Shown piece by piece: positions 8,865 through 19,372 of a DNA stretch of 64,000 bases. A program made the position numbers and the translations under genes. How positions within the stretch are numbered: the stretch's first letter is position 1; each line of letters begins with the position of its first letter. The stretch is from Halanaerobiales bacterium. GTDB lineage: Bacteria; Bacillota; Halanaerobiia; Halanaerobiales; M55B127. The DNA is taken from NCBI GenBank assembly GCA_018399995.1, contig JAGYMU010000001.1:152-64151 (forward strand), given 5' to 3'. The notes under the pieces are model-generated. The model ran no database searches and was not told the origin of the DNA. It saw only the letters and a program-made list of their open reading frames with translations.

Positions 8865-9693
8865 CTTTTAATTTAAGTATTGTTTGAATATCTTTATCTA
8901 CACCGTTAAAACCAGGAGTTTCAATAATATAGACCTTATCTTTTAAACGAGGATGGCTTATTATATATGAAAAACTATCCAAACTAATTTTCCCCTGGCC
9001 AATATGTGCATGTCGATCTTTATTAGAACCCATTTCAAATTTGGAATCATTAAGATGAATCAATCTGAGATTTTTTATTCCCAATATATTATCTACTTCT
9101 TTAATAAGACGGTCAATTCCTCTTTTATGGGATAGATTATAACCAGCCACAAAAAGATGACAGATATCTAAACAAATCCCCAATCTTTTAAAATTTTGTA
9201 CATCGTTTAATATTTGTCCGAGTTCGCCTACTTGACTGCCGACCTGTGTACCTGCGCCTGCTGTATTTTCTGCAAGTATAATAGTCTCATTTTTCACTTC
9301 ATCTAAGATTATTTTTAAAGCCTTAATAATCCTTTTGATTCCTTCTTCTTTGCTGGAATTTAAATAACTGCCGGGGTGAAAAACATAGTAATCAGCTTTC
9401 AGACGGCCGGCCTGTTGGTAATCTCTTTTCAGCTCATCAATTGATTTTTTATATTGCTCTGATTGCGGTGATGCTAAATTGACGAGATAACTCGAATGTA
9501 CAACAAGGCTTTTAATATTATTGACTTTCATCTTATACTTCATCTTTTTTATTTCTTCTTCTGTAAGTATTTTCTTCTGCCAGCTGCGGGGTGATTTTGT
9601 AAATATCTGAAGCGCATTTGCCTCAATTTTTATAGCCCTGTCAATTGCCTTGTCCATGCCTCCACTTATCGAGAGATGTTTACCCAACTTCAT
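8857..9693 (-). CDS. nfo: Endonuclease IV (AP endonuclease)
   Basis: 278 aa TIM-barrel AP endonuclease 2 family. Metal-ligand motifs VHSSYLVNL, FHPG, LENTAG, CLDICH, HLNDS and DRHAHIGQG. Confidence 0.92.
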   Translation of the reverse strand: MKLGKHLSISGGMDKAIDRAIKIEANALQIFTKSPRSWQKKILTEEEIKKMKYKMKVNNIKSLVVHSSYLVNLASPQSEQYKKSIDELKRDYQQAGRLKADYYVFHPGSYLNSSKEEGIKRIIKALKIILDEVKNETIILAENTAGAGTQVGSQVGELGQILNDVQNFKRLGICLDICHLFVAGYNLSHKRGIDRLIKEVDNILGIKNLRLIHLNDSKFEMGSNKDRHAHIGQGKISLDSFSYIISHPRLKDKVYIIETPGFNGVDKDIQTILKLKGE

Positions 9694-9734
9694 TTTTAGT
9701 TCTCCTTTAAAATTAATTTATAAATCTTCTTAAA

Positions 9735-9795
9735 TAAAAAAACAACCTCAATTATCTCCTGCATTATTTTATATCTGTGAGGAGGTATTTGAGGT
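9735..9795 (-). terminator. Rho-independent terminator downstream of pnp
   Basis: On the minus strand ACCTCAA..CCTCCT pairs with AGGAGA..TTGAGGT (nt 9745-9795). The stem is followed by TGTTTTTTTATTT. Confidence 0.6.
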
Positions 9796-9844
9796 AATTG
9801 AAGTTAACTTTATTAACTAAACTTACTGTTTAATTTTAATTATT

Positions 9845-11953
9845 TTATACATCAGCATCCTTTTCTACATCTTTCATAGAAAGATTGATTCTATCTTTAT
9901 TATCTATTTTGATCACTTTAACTTTGATCTCATCACCAACACTTAAGACATCAGAAACTTTATCTATGTGTCTGTCAGCTATCTTGGATATATGAACCAG
10001 ACCTTCTTTACCAGGCAAAATCTCAACGAAAGCACCAAAGTTCATTAATTTCACTACTTTACCGTTATATACTTCACCCACTTCTACTTCACGGGTTAAA
10101 TCTTCTATCATTTCCTTTGCCCTTTGACCACTTTTTTGATCATCAGCCAAAATAAAGATAGTTCCATCATCTTCAATATCAATACTGGCATCAGTTTCAT
10201 CTATTATTTTATTGATCATTTTTCCACCTGGACCAATAACATATCTTATTTTTTCAGGATTGATATGCATTGTCATAATTAGAGGTGCATTTTTAGATAG
10301 TTCAGGACGAGGATCAGCCAATACTTCAAGCATCTTATCTAAGATAAATAGACGTCCCTGTTTTGCTTTTTTAAGAGCAGTTCTTAATAAATCTTTGGAA
10401 AGTCCGCTGGCCTTAATATCCATCTGAAGAGCAGTTATGCCATTTTTCGTACCAGCTACCTTAAAGTCCATATCTCCATAATGGTCTTCCATACCCTGAA
10501 TATCAGAAAGGATTGCATAATCCTCACCCTCTTTTATTAATCCCATTGCAATACCTGATACAGGATTTTTAATTTTTACACCTGCATCCATTAAGGATAA
10601 GGTACTGCCACAAATACTGGCCTGAGATGAAGAACCATTCGATTCCAACACTTCTGAGACTACCCTGATTGTATAAGGGAATTCTTCTTTGGATGGAATC
10701 ATCGGTTGTAAAGCCCTTTCTCCCAGATGGCCATGACCAATTTCACGCCTGCCTGGTGATCTAAGTGGATTTGTTTCTCCTACACTAAAGGGAGGAAAGT
10801 TATAGTGGTGCATATATCTTTTAGTACTATCTTCTCCCAAACCAAAAATGGTCTTTTGATCACTGCTTGCCCCCAGAGTAACAACACTTAAAGCCTGAGT
10901 CTCACCTCTGGTAAATATGGCAGATCCATGGGTACGCGGTAAGTTGCCTACCTCACACCAGATCGGTCTGATCTCATCATACTGCCTGCCATCTGGTCTT
11001 CTTTTTTCTCTTAAAATCATTTCTCTAACACATTTTTTTGTTAATTTATCGAAAACAGTATCGACCATTTTATTATATTTTTCCTCTTCTTTCAAATAAT
11101 TTTCCAAATTATCTGAGAGATAGACTTTGGTTTCTTCTTTAAGTTGATCGATTGCATCTGCTCTTTTTTGTTTTTCAATTGTATCAACTGCATCTTTAAG
11201 TTTGTCTTCAGCAAATTGATTAATTAACTCTTCGACACTATCTTCTACATCATTTACAAGCTGAATCTCTGCTTTTTTATCGCCTGCTTCTTCTCTCATC
11301 TTAATTTGTACTTTTACAATCTTTTTTATCTCTTCATGGGCAAAATCAATAGCATCTAAGATCACTTCTTCGTCTACTTCATCTGCACCTGCTTCTACCA
11401 TTAAAACAGCATCTTCAGTACCTGCTACTGTTAGATCAAGTTCTGATTTTTCTCTTTCTTCTTCATTAGGATTAAGAACAAATTCTCCTTCAACAAGACC
11501 GACTTTTACTCCACCGATTGGACCATCAAAAGGAATGTCAGATAAGCAGAGCGCTGCTGATGCACCATTCATTGCTGCAATATCTGGTTCATGATCTTTA
11601 TCAAGTGATAGGATAGTAGCAACTACCTGCACATCATGTCTCATGCCGTCAGGAAAAAGTGGACGCAGTGGTCTATCAATTAAACGTGCAGAAAGAGTCG
11701 CAAAATCACGCGGACGTCCTTCTCTTCTATTAACACTTCCCGGTATATTACCTATTGCATATACTCGTTCTTCATAGTTGACCATTAAAGGTAAGTAATT
11801 TATGCCCTCTCTGGGAGAAGACATGGTTGCAGTAACTAATACCATTGAATCTCCATATTTTACGGTTACTGACCCGTTGGCCTGTTTAGCCAATTTGCCG
11901 GTTTCAATCTCCATTTCTGAACCAGCAAAATCAAACTTCCAATTTTTGTTCAT
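9845..11953 (-). CDS. pnp: Polynucleotide phosphorylase
   Basis: 702 aa with two RNase PH domains, a KH domain and a C-terminal S1 domain (GEVYNGKVVKLMNFGAFVEILPGKEGLVHIS). Confidence 0.97.
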   Translation of the reverse strand: MNKNWKFDFAGSEMEIETGKLAKQANGSVTVKYGDSMVLVTATMSSPREGINYLPLMVNYEERVYAIGNIPGSVNRREGRPRDFATLSARLIDRPLRPLFPDGMRHDVQVVATILSLDKDHEPDIAAMNGASAALCLSDIPFDGPIGGVKVGLVEGEFVLNPNEEEREKSELDLTVAGTEDAVLMVEAGADEVDEEVILDAIDFAHEEIKKIVKVQIKMREEAGDKKAEIQLVNDVEDSVEELINQFAEDKLKDAVDTIEKQKRADAIDQLKEETKVYLSDNLENYLKEEEKYNKMVDTVFDKLTKKCVREMILREKRRPDGRQYDEIRPIWCEVGNLPRTHGSAIFTRGETQALSVVTLGASSDQKTIFGLGEDSTKRYMHHYNFPPFSVGETNPLRSPGRREIGHGHLGERALQPMIPSKEEFPYTIRVVSEVLESNGSSSQASICGSTLSLMDAGVKIKNPVSGIAMGLIKEGEDYAILSDIQGMEDHYGDMDFKVAGTKNGITALQMDIKASGLSKDLLRTALKKAKQGRLFILDKMLEVLADPRPELSKNAPLIMTMHINPEKIRYVIGPGGKMINKIIDETDASIDIEDDGTIFILADDQKSGQRAKEMIEDLTREVEVGEVYNGKVVKLMNFGAFVEILPGKEGLVHISKIADRHIDKVSDVLSVGDEIKVKVIKIDNKDRINLSMKDVEKDADV

Positions 11954-11994
11954 ATGTTTTTATCCTCCTTATAATTTACACAAAAATAATATTT

Positions 11995-12027
11995 CTTAAA
12001 ATAAAGAGCGGGTTAAACCCGCTCTTT
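11995..12027 (-). terminator. Rho-independent terminator/attenuator between rpsO and pnp
   Basis: Perfect stem AAAGAGCGGG / CCCGCTCTTT (nt 12003-12027) with a 5-nt loop, followed on the minus strand by TATTTTAA. Confidence 0.65.
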
Positions 12028-12043
12028 TGGATTCCCTATTTAA

Positions 12044-12310
12044 TTAACCCCTTAGCCCTAAACTGGAAATCAATTCACGATATCTCTGTACATCTTTATC
12101 TTCTAAATATCTTAATAATTTCCTTCTCTGACCAACCATCTTAAGCAGCCCTCTTCGGGAAGAATGATCCTGCTTATGTTCTTTTAAATGATCAGTAAGT
12201 TCGGAAATTCTTTCAGTCAAAATTGCAACCTGTACTTCAGGTGAACCGGTGTCTTTTTCATCTCTGCGGTACTTTTCAACTATTGCCTGTTTCTTTTCTT
12301 TAGAAATCAA
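12044..12310 (-). CDS. rpsO: 30S ribosomal protein S15
   Basis: 88 aa with [14 protein letters not shown] and [26 protein letters not shown] start preceded by AGGAGGTG. Confidence 0.95.
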   Translation of the reverse strand: MISKEKKQAIVEKYRRDEKDTGSPEVQVAILTERISELTDHLKEHKQDHSSRRGLLKMVGQRRKLLRYLEDKDVQRYRELISSLGLRG

Positions 12311-12409
12311 TTTCTTTCACCTCCTAAGTGCTGATACGCCTTAAACCAAGTAACAAGTTGAGGACTCTTATTCCTAGTTTAAGGTATATAATTAACCAAA
12401 AAAATTATA

Positions 12410-13330
12410 TCACAGAACCTCTACGATGTAAAGAATATCCTTATTTATGGCTTCTATTAATTGATCTTCATCTTTAAATTTCTTTTCTCCCCTCAGATAT
12501 TCAATCAGCTCCAGATATACAAACTCTCCATATAGATCTCCCTCAAAATTTGGTAAATGGACTTCTATGGTAAAGTTATCATCATCAAAAGTAGGTTTAT
12601 GGCCAAAATTTGCCACTCCTTTATATTTTTTATCATCTATATATAAATAAACTGCATAAACTCCATCTGGAGGGAGAACATATCTGATTATTGGCTTTAT
12701 ATTAGCTGTTGGTATTCCCAATTTCTTGCCTCTGCCAAAACCTTTGACAACTTCACCTTCTATGATGAAATTTTGATCAAGATGATTTTTGAGTTCTTTA
12801 AGGCGGCCTGCTTTTATCAAATCTCTAATTACGCTGCTGGAAATCTTATGATCACCGATCTTTAAGGGCTTAATTGAGGTTAGTTTAAAGTTATACTCTT
12901 GACTCATCTCTTTCAATTTATCTATATTCCCATTACCCTGATAACCCAGACTAAAATCAGCTCCAACTATAATGTGCTTTGTATTTAGATTTTCTAAAAT
13001 AATTTTCTTTACAAATTCATCAAACGGGGTTAAAGAAATATCATGGCTGAATTCCATTTCAAAGTAATAATCGAAACCCAGCTGATTTAATCTTTTAATC
13101 TTCTGAGATTTTGAACTCAAATAGAGATGAGGATTTCCATCACCTATTACCTCTTCTGGATGTGGCTCAAAGGTAAGCACGCCACTTTTAAGATTTTTCT
13201 CTTTTGCTATGTCTAAAGTTTCCTTTAATATTTTTTTATGTCCCTTATGTATTCCGTCAAAGGAACCTATGGCTATAACATTATCATCTAGTTCATATTG
13301 ATCAAATGTTCTGCTTTTAATTATCTTCAT
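12410..13330 (-). CDS. ribF: Bifunctional riboflavin kinase / FMN adenylyltransferase
   Basis: 306 aa with GSFDGIHKGH in the N-terminal FAD synthetase part and GRGKKLGIPTAN in the riboflavin kinase part. It overlaps truB by 4 nt. Confidence 0.93.
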   Translation of the reverse strand: MKIIKSRTFDQYELDDNVIAIGSFDGIHKGHKKILKETLDIAKEKNLKSGVLTFEPHPEEVIGDGNPHLYLSSKSQKIKRLNQLGFDYYFEMEFSHDISLTPFDEFVKKIILENLNTKHIIVGADFSLGYQGNGNIDKLKEMSQEYNFKLTSIKPLKIGDHKISSSVIRDLIKAGRLKELKNHLDQNFIIEGEVVKGFGRGKKLGIPTANIKPIIRYVLPPDGVYAVYLYIDDKKYKGVANFGHKPTFDDDNFTIEVHLPNFEGDLYGEFVYLELIEYLRGEKKFKDEDQLIEAINKDILYIVEVL

Positions 13331-14244
13331 CTTGAACCCCCATCATAAAATACTCTCAAAGCCTGTATATATAAAATATCATCTTCATTTAATTTAACTT
13401 CACTAATTGAAATAAATTGATCTTTAGAATATATTAATAACTTTTCCCCCAGTTTTAAATCAGAAGGCCATTTTTTGAAATTTTTGGCTAACAATTTAGT
13501 TCCATTAATAGCATATTTAAAGGCATAATCTTTAACCGTAAGTGCCCTGTAATCAAAAGGTTGATCAACAGGTATCAATATATTATTTAAATTATCATCT
13601 GATATCTGGTCCCATCTTATTGTATCTTTAAGTTTAAAGGGTCCTGATGAGGTCCTTAACAGATCTTTCAAATGGGCAGAGGTGTTGAGCCTTTCACCAA
13701 TATCTCTCGCCAGAGATCTAATATATGTACCCTTAGAACAGTTAACCTTTATTTTGATAAAAGGTAGGTCTATATATATAAGATCAATACTTCTTATTTC
13801 CACCTGACGTTTTTTAATATCAACACTCTCATTATTTCGGGCATAGTGGTAAAGCTTTTTGCCTTTTTTCTTTACAGCAGAATATATAGGTGGTCTCTGC
13901 ATAATCTTACCAATAAAAATTTTTATAGCCCCAATAATTTCTTTATCTTTTAAGTTCTTCCACAAACTGTCTTTATTTATTATCTTTCCATCTGCATCTA
14001 AGGTATCTGTAGATACGCCCAGTTCAATTTTAGCTATATATTCTTTGTTTTCTTCTGGCAGGTAGGGGATCACCTTGGTTGCTTTATTAATACAAACCGG
14101 TAAAACTCCTGCTGCAGAGGGATCTAATGTGCCTGTATGTCCACACTTTCTTATTTGCAAAATTTTTTTTACATATCCAACAACATCAAAAGAAGTCATA
14201 CCGGGCGGTTTTAAAATATTAATAATACCTGCCCTTTTAGACAT
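13327..14244 (-). CDS. truB: tRNA pseudouridine(55) synthase
   Basis: 305 aa with GIINILKPPGMTSFDVV, the catalytic HTGTLDPSAAGVLPV motif and a C-terminal PUA-like region. Confidence 0.93.
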   Translation of the reverse strand: MSKRAGIINILKPPGMTSFDVVGYVKKILQIRKCGHTGTLDPSAAGVLPVCINKATKVIPYLPEENKEYIAKIELGVSTDTLDADGKIINKDSLWKNLKDKEIIGAIKIFIGKIMQRPPIYSAVKKKGKKLYHYARNNESVDIKKRQVEIRSIDLIYIDLPFIKIKVNCSKGTYIRSLARDIGERLNTSAHLKDLLRTSSGPFKLKDTIRWDQISDDNLNNILIPVDQPFDYRALTVKDYAFKYAINGTKLLAKNFKKWPSDLKLGEKLLIYSKDQFISISEVKLNEDDILYIQALRVFYDGGSR

Positions 14245-15265
14245 TTCTTTTCACCTCATCTAAAACATCTTTAATTACTTTATTTAAGCTGCCTTCTACC
14301 TTTGTTCCAGCAGCCCGGGGATGACCGCCGCCGCCAAATTTATGGGCAATTTTACTTACATCAAGATAACTGTGAGAACGAAAGCTGATATCGATAAAGT
14401 CCTGTTTTTTTTCGATAAAAGAAATCCCCACCTCTATCCCTCTTATGTCACGTGGGTAGTTAACTAAGTTATTAATCTCTTCTATATTAATCTTTATATT
14501 TTTAATCTCTTGATTTGACAAAACTAGCCAGGCGATCCTATCTGTCTTATCTACTTGTATATTATGCAGGGCTTCAGCCAACATTTTCAAATACTTAACA
14601 GAAGGGTAACTTCCTAAAAACCTATTTATTTCAACAATATCAATACCTTTTTCTTTTAAATCTGCGATTAACCGAAAGCTGTCTGGATCACTATTAGGAT
14701 ATTTTAAAGAACCAGTATCAGCCAAAACTGCTAGAGCAATAGCAGTCCCGAGTTCTTTTTTTATATCGACATTTAAAAATTGCAGCTGTTTGTAAATGAT
14801 CATACCAACAGCTGAATTTTCAGCATTGACATAGTTCAAATTTCCAAAGCGACTATTGTCCTGATGATGATCAATATTTATAATATATTTCTTGTTTATA
14901 TATTTTTTATATTGGCCCAGGCGCTCTAAATTGGCCGTATCTAAGACAATAGCATTGGAAAAGTCGTCTAGTTTATTTAAATTACTATTAGTTGTACATA
15001 CATAATAATCATTGTTTTTTAAATACTTAAAAACCATCTTATACTTACTGCTAATATCGCTGTGTAATAATATTTTAGCTGATTTATTTAAACTATTTAA
15101 GAGAAATTTATAGGCCATAATAGACCCAACTGCATCACCATCTGGATCTATATGACCTATTATTAGATAATCATCATTATCTTTTATATAATTTGAAATT
15201 TCACTAAGAGAGTTATTCTTCACTTTCGTCTTTCCTCTTTTCATCTTCTTCAATAACTTCATCAA
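14237..15265 (-). CDS. nrnA: DHH/DHHA1 phosphoesterase (NrnA-type oligoribonuclease / pAp phosphatase)
   Basis: Motifs GHIDPDGDAVGS, NIDHHQDN and GGGGHPRAAG. The longest ORF overlaps rbfA by 53 nt. A GTG at 15223 preceded by GAGGAAAG is a more likely start. Confidence 0.85.
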   Translation of the reverse strand: MMKLLKKMKRGKTKVKNNSLSEISNYIKDNDDYLIIGHIDPDGDAVGSIMAYKFLLNSLNKSAKILLHSDISSKYKMVFKYLKNNDYYVCTTNSNLNKLDDFSNAIVLDTANLERLGQYKKYINKKYIINIDHHQDNSRFGNLNYVNAENSAVGMIIYKQLQFLNVDIKKELGTAIALAVLADTGSLKYPNSDPDSFRLIADLKEKGIDIVEINRFLGSYPSVKYLKMLAEALHNIQVDKTDRIAWLVLSNQEIKNIKINIEEINNLVNYPRDIRGIEVGISFIEKKQDFIDISFRSHSYLDVSKIAHKFGGGGHPRAAGTKVEGSLNKVIKDVLDEVKRNV

Positions 15266-15590
15266 TTAAATGAGATATATGAACACCTTGTTCAATTGAA
15301 TCATCATATCTAAATATAATCTTGGGGGTATGAAAGGTAGTCAGCCTTTCCCCAACTAACTTTTGTATATAATTACTAGCCCGATGAAGTCCTTCCATAG
15401 TCTCATTTTTTTCCTGTTCACTACCAATTACGCTAACCATAACTTTAGCATGTTTTAAATCATTAGAGACCTTTATCTTTACGACTGATGTAAAACCTAT
15501 ACGCGGATCTTTGATCTCTTTTAATAAAATGTCACTTATCTCTTCTTTTAAAAGCCGACTCATTCTTCTTACTCTTTTTTTATTAGCCAT
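15213..15590 (-). CDS. rbfA: Ribosome-binding factor A
   Basis: 125 aa with RVRRMSRLLKEEISDIL and FTSVVKIKVSNDLKHAKV, in the conserved position after infB. Confidence 0.92.
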   Translation of the reverse strand: MANKKRVRRMSRLLKEEISDILLKEIKDPRIGFTSVVKIKVSNDLKHAKVMVSVIGSEQEKNETMEGLHRASNYIQKLVGERLTTFHTPKIIFRYDDSIEQGVHISHLIDEVIEEDEKRKDESEE

Positions 15591-15602
15591 AATATTTCAC
15601 CT

Positions 15603-17612
15603 CTATAAGGACCTTTCTATCTCCTTATATCTATATATTTCTAAAATATCTCCTATCTTTATATCATTATAATCTTCAATACCAATCCCACATTCATAAC
15701 CTTCTTTTACCACTCTTACATCATCTTCAAAACGCTTTAATGAACTTATACTACCTTCGTGAACAACAACACCATTTCTGATCAGCCTTACATTATCATT
15801 TCTGTTAACTTCTCCTTCTTTTACATAGGAACCGGCAATTATGCCCACAACAGGTACTTTAAAGGTATCTCTTACCTCAACTCTACCGACTATTAACTCT
15901 TTATATTCAGGTTCGAGTAGTCCCGACATAGCTTTCCTGATATCATCTATTACTTTATAGATAACTCGGTATGTTTTGATCTCGACCTTTTCTTTTTCAG
16001 CTGCCTTACGAGCATTTGTGCCTGGTCTAACATTAAAACCAATAATGATTGCATTGGAAGCACTGGCTAAGTTAACGTCGGTCTCATTAATAGCACCGAC
16101 TCCTGTATGAATTATATTTACGCCTACTTCATCAGACTCTATATTTAATAAGGAACTTTTCAAAGCCGCAATTGAACCCTGTACATCTGCCTTGATTATT
16201 ACATTTAATTCCTTGATTTCACCTTCCTGAATATTTCTATAAAGGTCTTCTAAGGAGACCTTGGTATCTTTTTTGAGTCTTTCTTCTTTGCGTTTTGCCT
16301 GTCTTTTATCAGCTAAGTTTCTGGCCCTTTTCTCATCCTCCATCACCCGCATATATTGACCTGCTTCAGGCACATCATTAAATCCTAAAACAATAACCGG
16401 AGTAGATGGTGTGGCTGTTTTGACCCTCTCACCGTGTTCATCCAATAAGGCTCTTACCCGTCCACTGATCGTACCTGCTAAAATATTATCACCAATCTTC
16501 AGAGTACCATTTTTGACAAGTACTGTTGCGACTGGCCCCCTTCCTCTATCCAGTTCAGATTCAATGATAACGCCATCTGCTCTTCGATCGGGATTGGCTT
16601 TCAATTCTTCAACTTCAGCTACCAGTGTAACCATCTCTAAGAGTTCATCTATATTTTCACCTTTTAAAGCTGAAACAGATACGCAGATCGTGTCCCCGCC
16701 CCATTCTTCCGGGACTAAACCATGTTCTGTTAATTCCTGTTTAACCCGATCCGGCTGAGCGTTTGCTTTATCTATCTTATTAACCGCGACAATAATTGGG
16801 ATACCGGCTGCCTGGGCATGATTTATGGCCTCTATGGTCTGTGGCATAACACCATCATCAGCTGCTACTACAAGTATTACGATATCGGTCAGCTGGGCTC
16901 CTCGGGCTCTCATAGCAGTAAATGCTTCGTGACCAGGTGTATCGATAAAGGTAATCTTTTTATCTTTATATTCAGCTTGATAGGCACCGATATGTTGAGT
17001 TATGCCACCCGCTTCACCTTCAGCCACTCTAGTTTTTCTTATCATATCAAGTAGGGTTGTCTTCCCATGATCTACATGTCCCATAACAGTAACTATGGGA
17101 GATCTGGGTTTAAGATCCTCAGGCTTATCTACTATTTCCTCTAAAATCAATTCACTATCTTTTTCTTCAATTTCAACATATTCACTTATTTTAACCTCTA
17201 AACCCATTTCATCTTTTAAAATCTGTATTTCATCTTCATCAAGTGAGTAATTAACATTGGTCATTATCCCCAACTGCATCATCTCTTTGATTATCTTATT
17301 AGCGGGAATATTAACTTTTTCTGAAAGATCTCTAATCGTAATGCCCTCTCTGATCTTTAGATAATCTGCTTCAATATCTTTTTGAGACTCTTTATCTTCT
17401 TCTATTTTTTGATCTATTTCATCTGTTTTAATCTCTTTAGGCTCTTTTTTATCTTCAGTTTTAATTACTTCTCTGACAAGTTCGGCTGTTTCATCTTCAA
17501 TTGTGCTCATGTGACTGGTTACCTCGATCCCAAGATCATTAAGAATATCAATCAATTCTTTACTCTTCATATTTAGTTTTTCAGCTAACTTATAGACTCT
17601 CATTTTACTCAA
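15603..17612 (-). CDS. infB: Translation initiation factor IF-2
   Basis: GTPase motifs [20 protein letters not shown] and NKID. The longest ORF starts at 17648 inside nusA. I prefer the TTG at 17612, which gives [16 protein letters not shown], because GGAGGTGG sits 8 nt upstream. Confidence 0.95.
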   Translation of the reverse strand: MSKMRVYKLAEKLNMKSKELIDILNDLGIEVTSHMSTIEDETAELVREVIKTEDKKEPKEIKTDEIDQKIEEDKESQKDIEADYLKIREGITIRDLSEKVNIPANKIIKEMMQLGIMTNVNYSLDEDEIQILKDEMGLEVKISEYVEIEEKDSELILEEIVDKPEDLKPRSPIVTVMGHVDHGKTTLLDMIRKTRVAEGEAGGITQHIGAYQAEYKDKKITFIDTPGHEAFTAMRARGAQLTDIVILVVAADDGVMPQTIEAINHAQAAGIPIIVAVNKIDKANAQPDRVKQELTEHGLVPEEWGGDTICVSVSALKGENIDELLEMVTLVAEVEELKANPDRRADGVIIESELDRGRGPVATVLVKNGTLKIGDNILAGTISGRVRALLDEHGERVKTATPSTPVIVLGFNDVPEAGQYMRVMEDEKRARNLADKRQAKRKEERLKKDTKVSLEDLYRNIQEGEIKELNVIIKADVQGSIAALKSSLLNIESDEVGVNIIHTGVGAINETDVNLASASNAIIIGFNVRPGTNARKAAEKEKVEIKTYRVIYKVIDDIRKAMSGLLEPEYKELIVGRVEVRDTFKVPVVGIIAGSYVKEGEVNRNDNVRLIRNGVVVHEGSISSLKRFEDDVRVVKEGYECGIGIEDYNDIKIGDILEIYRYKEIERSL

Positions 17613-17628
17613 ACTAACCACCTCCATA

Positions 17629-18777
17629 TTAAGTTTTTTGTTGATCATCTGTTTGTTTTTCTACAGTTTCTTCTATTGTTTTTTCATCCTTTTCTTCTAA
17701 TTCTTCCTTTTTTTCTTTATTTTCTTCTTTCTTATTTTGCATCTCTTCGAACTCTGATTCTTTTTTAATATCTATTTTCCATCCCGTCAATTTAGCCGCT
17801 AACCTGGCATTTTGTCCCTCTTTGCCAATAGCTAAAGATAACTGAAAATCAGGCACTACCACCGTTGCACTCTGTTCATCTTCATCAATAACTACAGACT
17901 TCACTTCAGCCGGGTTAAGGGCATTTGAAACGAACTCCTCCGGGTTATCACTGTATTTAACAATATCTATTTTTTCTCCATCCAGTTGTTCAACAACTGA
18001 TTTAACGCGCATTCCCTGAGGACCAACACATGCCCCAACAGGATCAACCTTACTATCATAAGAAAAAACAGCAACTTTAGATCTAAAACCTGCCTCTCTT
18101 GCAACTGACCGTATTTCAACTATACCATCGAAAATCTCCGGAACTTCTACCTCAAAAAGTCTTTTTAAAAGGGCTGGATGGGTCCTTGATACTAATATAC
18201 GGGGACCTTTAGTAGTAGATGAAACCTCCACAACATAAAGCTTCAATCTAAAACCAACCCTGTATTGCTCTGTAGGTATCTGTTCTGATACCGGCAAAAG
18301 TGCTTCTGTTTTGCCCATATCAATAAGTACATTATCTTTATGGAACCTTTGAATAGTACCTGTTATTATTTCTCCTTCTTTACGTTTATAATCTTCATAA
18401 AGAACATCTCTTTCAGCTTCTCTTATTCTCTGCATTACAACCTGTTTAGCCGTCTGAGCAGCAATCCTGCCAAAATTATCCGGGGTTATTTCTACATCCA
18501 CATATTCTTCCAATTCAACTTCGGGATCTATTTTTTCTGCATTTTCAAGTAAAATTTCATAATTATCATTTTTGATCTCTTCTACCACTTTTTTCTTTGA
18601 AAAAACCATTACTTGGCCGGTTTCTTCATCTACCTCTACACTTACATTTTCTTTTGAACCGAAATCTTTTTTATAGGCTGAAAGTAGGGCAGCCTCAATC
18701 GCTTCTAAAAGAACATCTTTCGCAATGCCCTTGTCCTTTTCTATATCATCAAGCGCCTTCAACAAGTCAAGATTCAT
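17629..18777 (-). CDS. nusA: Transcription termination/antitermination factor NusA
   Basis: 382 aa with an N-terminal domain, an S1 domain ([11 protein letters not shown]), two KH domains ([13 protein letters not shown] and [23 protein letters not shown]) and an acidic tail. Confidence 0.96.
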   Translation of the reverse strand: MNLDLLKALDDIEKDKGIAKDVLLEAIEAALLSAYKKDFGSKENVSVEVDEETGQVMVFSKKKVVEEIKNDNYEILLENAEKIDPEVELEEYVDVEITPDNFGRIAAQTAKQVVMQRIREAERDVLYEDYKRKEGEIITGTIQRFHKDNVLIDMGKTEALLPVSEQIPTEQYRVGFRLKLYVVEVSSTTKGPRILVSRTHPALLKRLFEVEVPEIFDGIVEIRSVAREAGFRSKVAVFSYDSKVDPVGACVGPQGMRVKSVVEQLDGEKIDIVKYSDNPEEFVSNALNPAEVKSVVIDEDEQSATVVVPDFQLSLAIGKEGQNARLAAKLTGWKIDIKKESEFEEMQNKKEENKEKKEELEEKDEKTIEETVEKQTDDQQKT

Positions 18778-18799
18778 TTTTTTCCTCCTTTAGATCCAG

Positions 18800-19273
18800 C
18801 TAGAAATTAAACTCTTCGTAAAGATTTGCCTTGGCAATATCTGAATAATCTATTTCTATTTTTTTATCTGTATCCTTTAAATTTATGGTTACAACTTGAT
18901 TTTTATCGATTCCAACTAATTTACCAATAAATACTTTCGTCCCTTTAATTTTTCTATATGTGCTAATCTTAATACTTTCTCCCCTAAATCTTTCGTAATC
19001 TTTAACCTTTTTTAAAGGTCGCTCCAATCCTGGTGAAGATACCTCTAAAAAGTATTTTTTTTCAATGGGATCTACTTCATCCAGTTTTTGACTAATAAGC
19101 CTACTCAGATTACTTAACTGATCTATTGTCAACTCACTTTGTTCATTTTCAACAAAAATTCTTAAGATCCAGTTTTGACCCTCTTTAATATACTCTATAT
19201 CAACCAAATCTAAGTCGTTTATTTTTACTATTGGTTTGATTATCTTTTTTAACTGATCAATCATCTTACTCAT
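18800..19273 (-). CDS. rimP: Ribosome maturation factor RimP
   Basis: 157 aa with YFLEVSSPGLERPLK, in the conserved position upstream of nusA. Confidence 0.9.
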   Translation of the reverse strand: MSKMIDQLKKIIKPIVKINDLDLVDIEYIKEGQNWILRIFVENEQSELTIDQLSNLSRLISQKLDEVDPIEKKYFLEVSSPGLERPLKKVKDYERFRGESIKISTYRKIKGTKVFIGKLVGIDKNQVVTINLKDTDKKIEIDYSDIAKANLYEEFNF

Positions 19274-19291
19274 CTTTTAAGCCTCTCTTTC

Positions 19292-19319
19292 ATAAATTAA
19301 AGAGTGGGCTCCCCCACTC
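19292..19319 (-). terminator. Rho-independent terminator downstream of polC
   Basis: On the minus strand GAGTGGG-GGAG-CCCACTC (nt 19302-19319) is followed by TTTAATTTAT. Confidence 0.6.
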
Positions 19320-19372
19320 CTCAATAAATCAACATTTTCCATACTACAGCCTATCATATATTTGAGTAATTT

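Noticed and set aside
12311-12409. Possible S15 autoregulatory leader upstream of rpsO (CCTTAAAC...GTTTAAGG pairing around 12340-12390)
   Set aside because: I could find only one long-range pairing with a large irregular loop. That is not enough to claim the known three-way-junction or pseudoknot S15 leaders, so it is left unreported as a feature.
16411-16758. Other plus-strand ORFs of 100 aa or more inside conserved genes (16411-16758 in infB, 46762-47133 in the DUF512 gene, 62713-63111 in the DUF1116 gene, 4163-4468 in ahcY, 60170-60544 in arcC, and others)
   Set aside because: Each lies entirely antisense within a minus-strand gene whose product has unambiguous conserved motifs. Their composition is low-complexity and no start context is visible.
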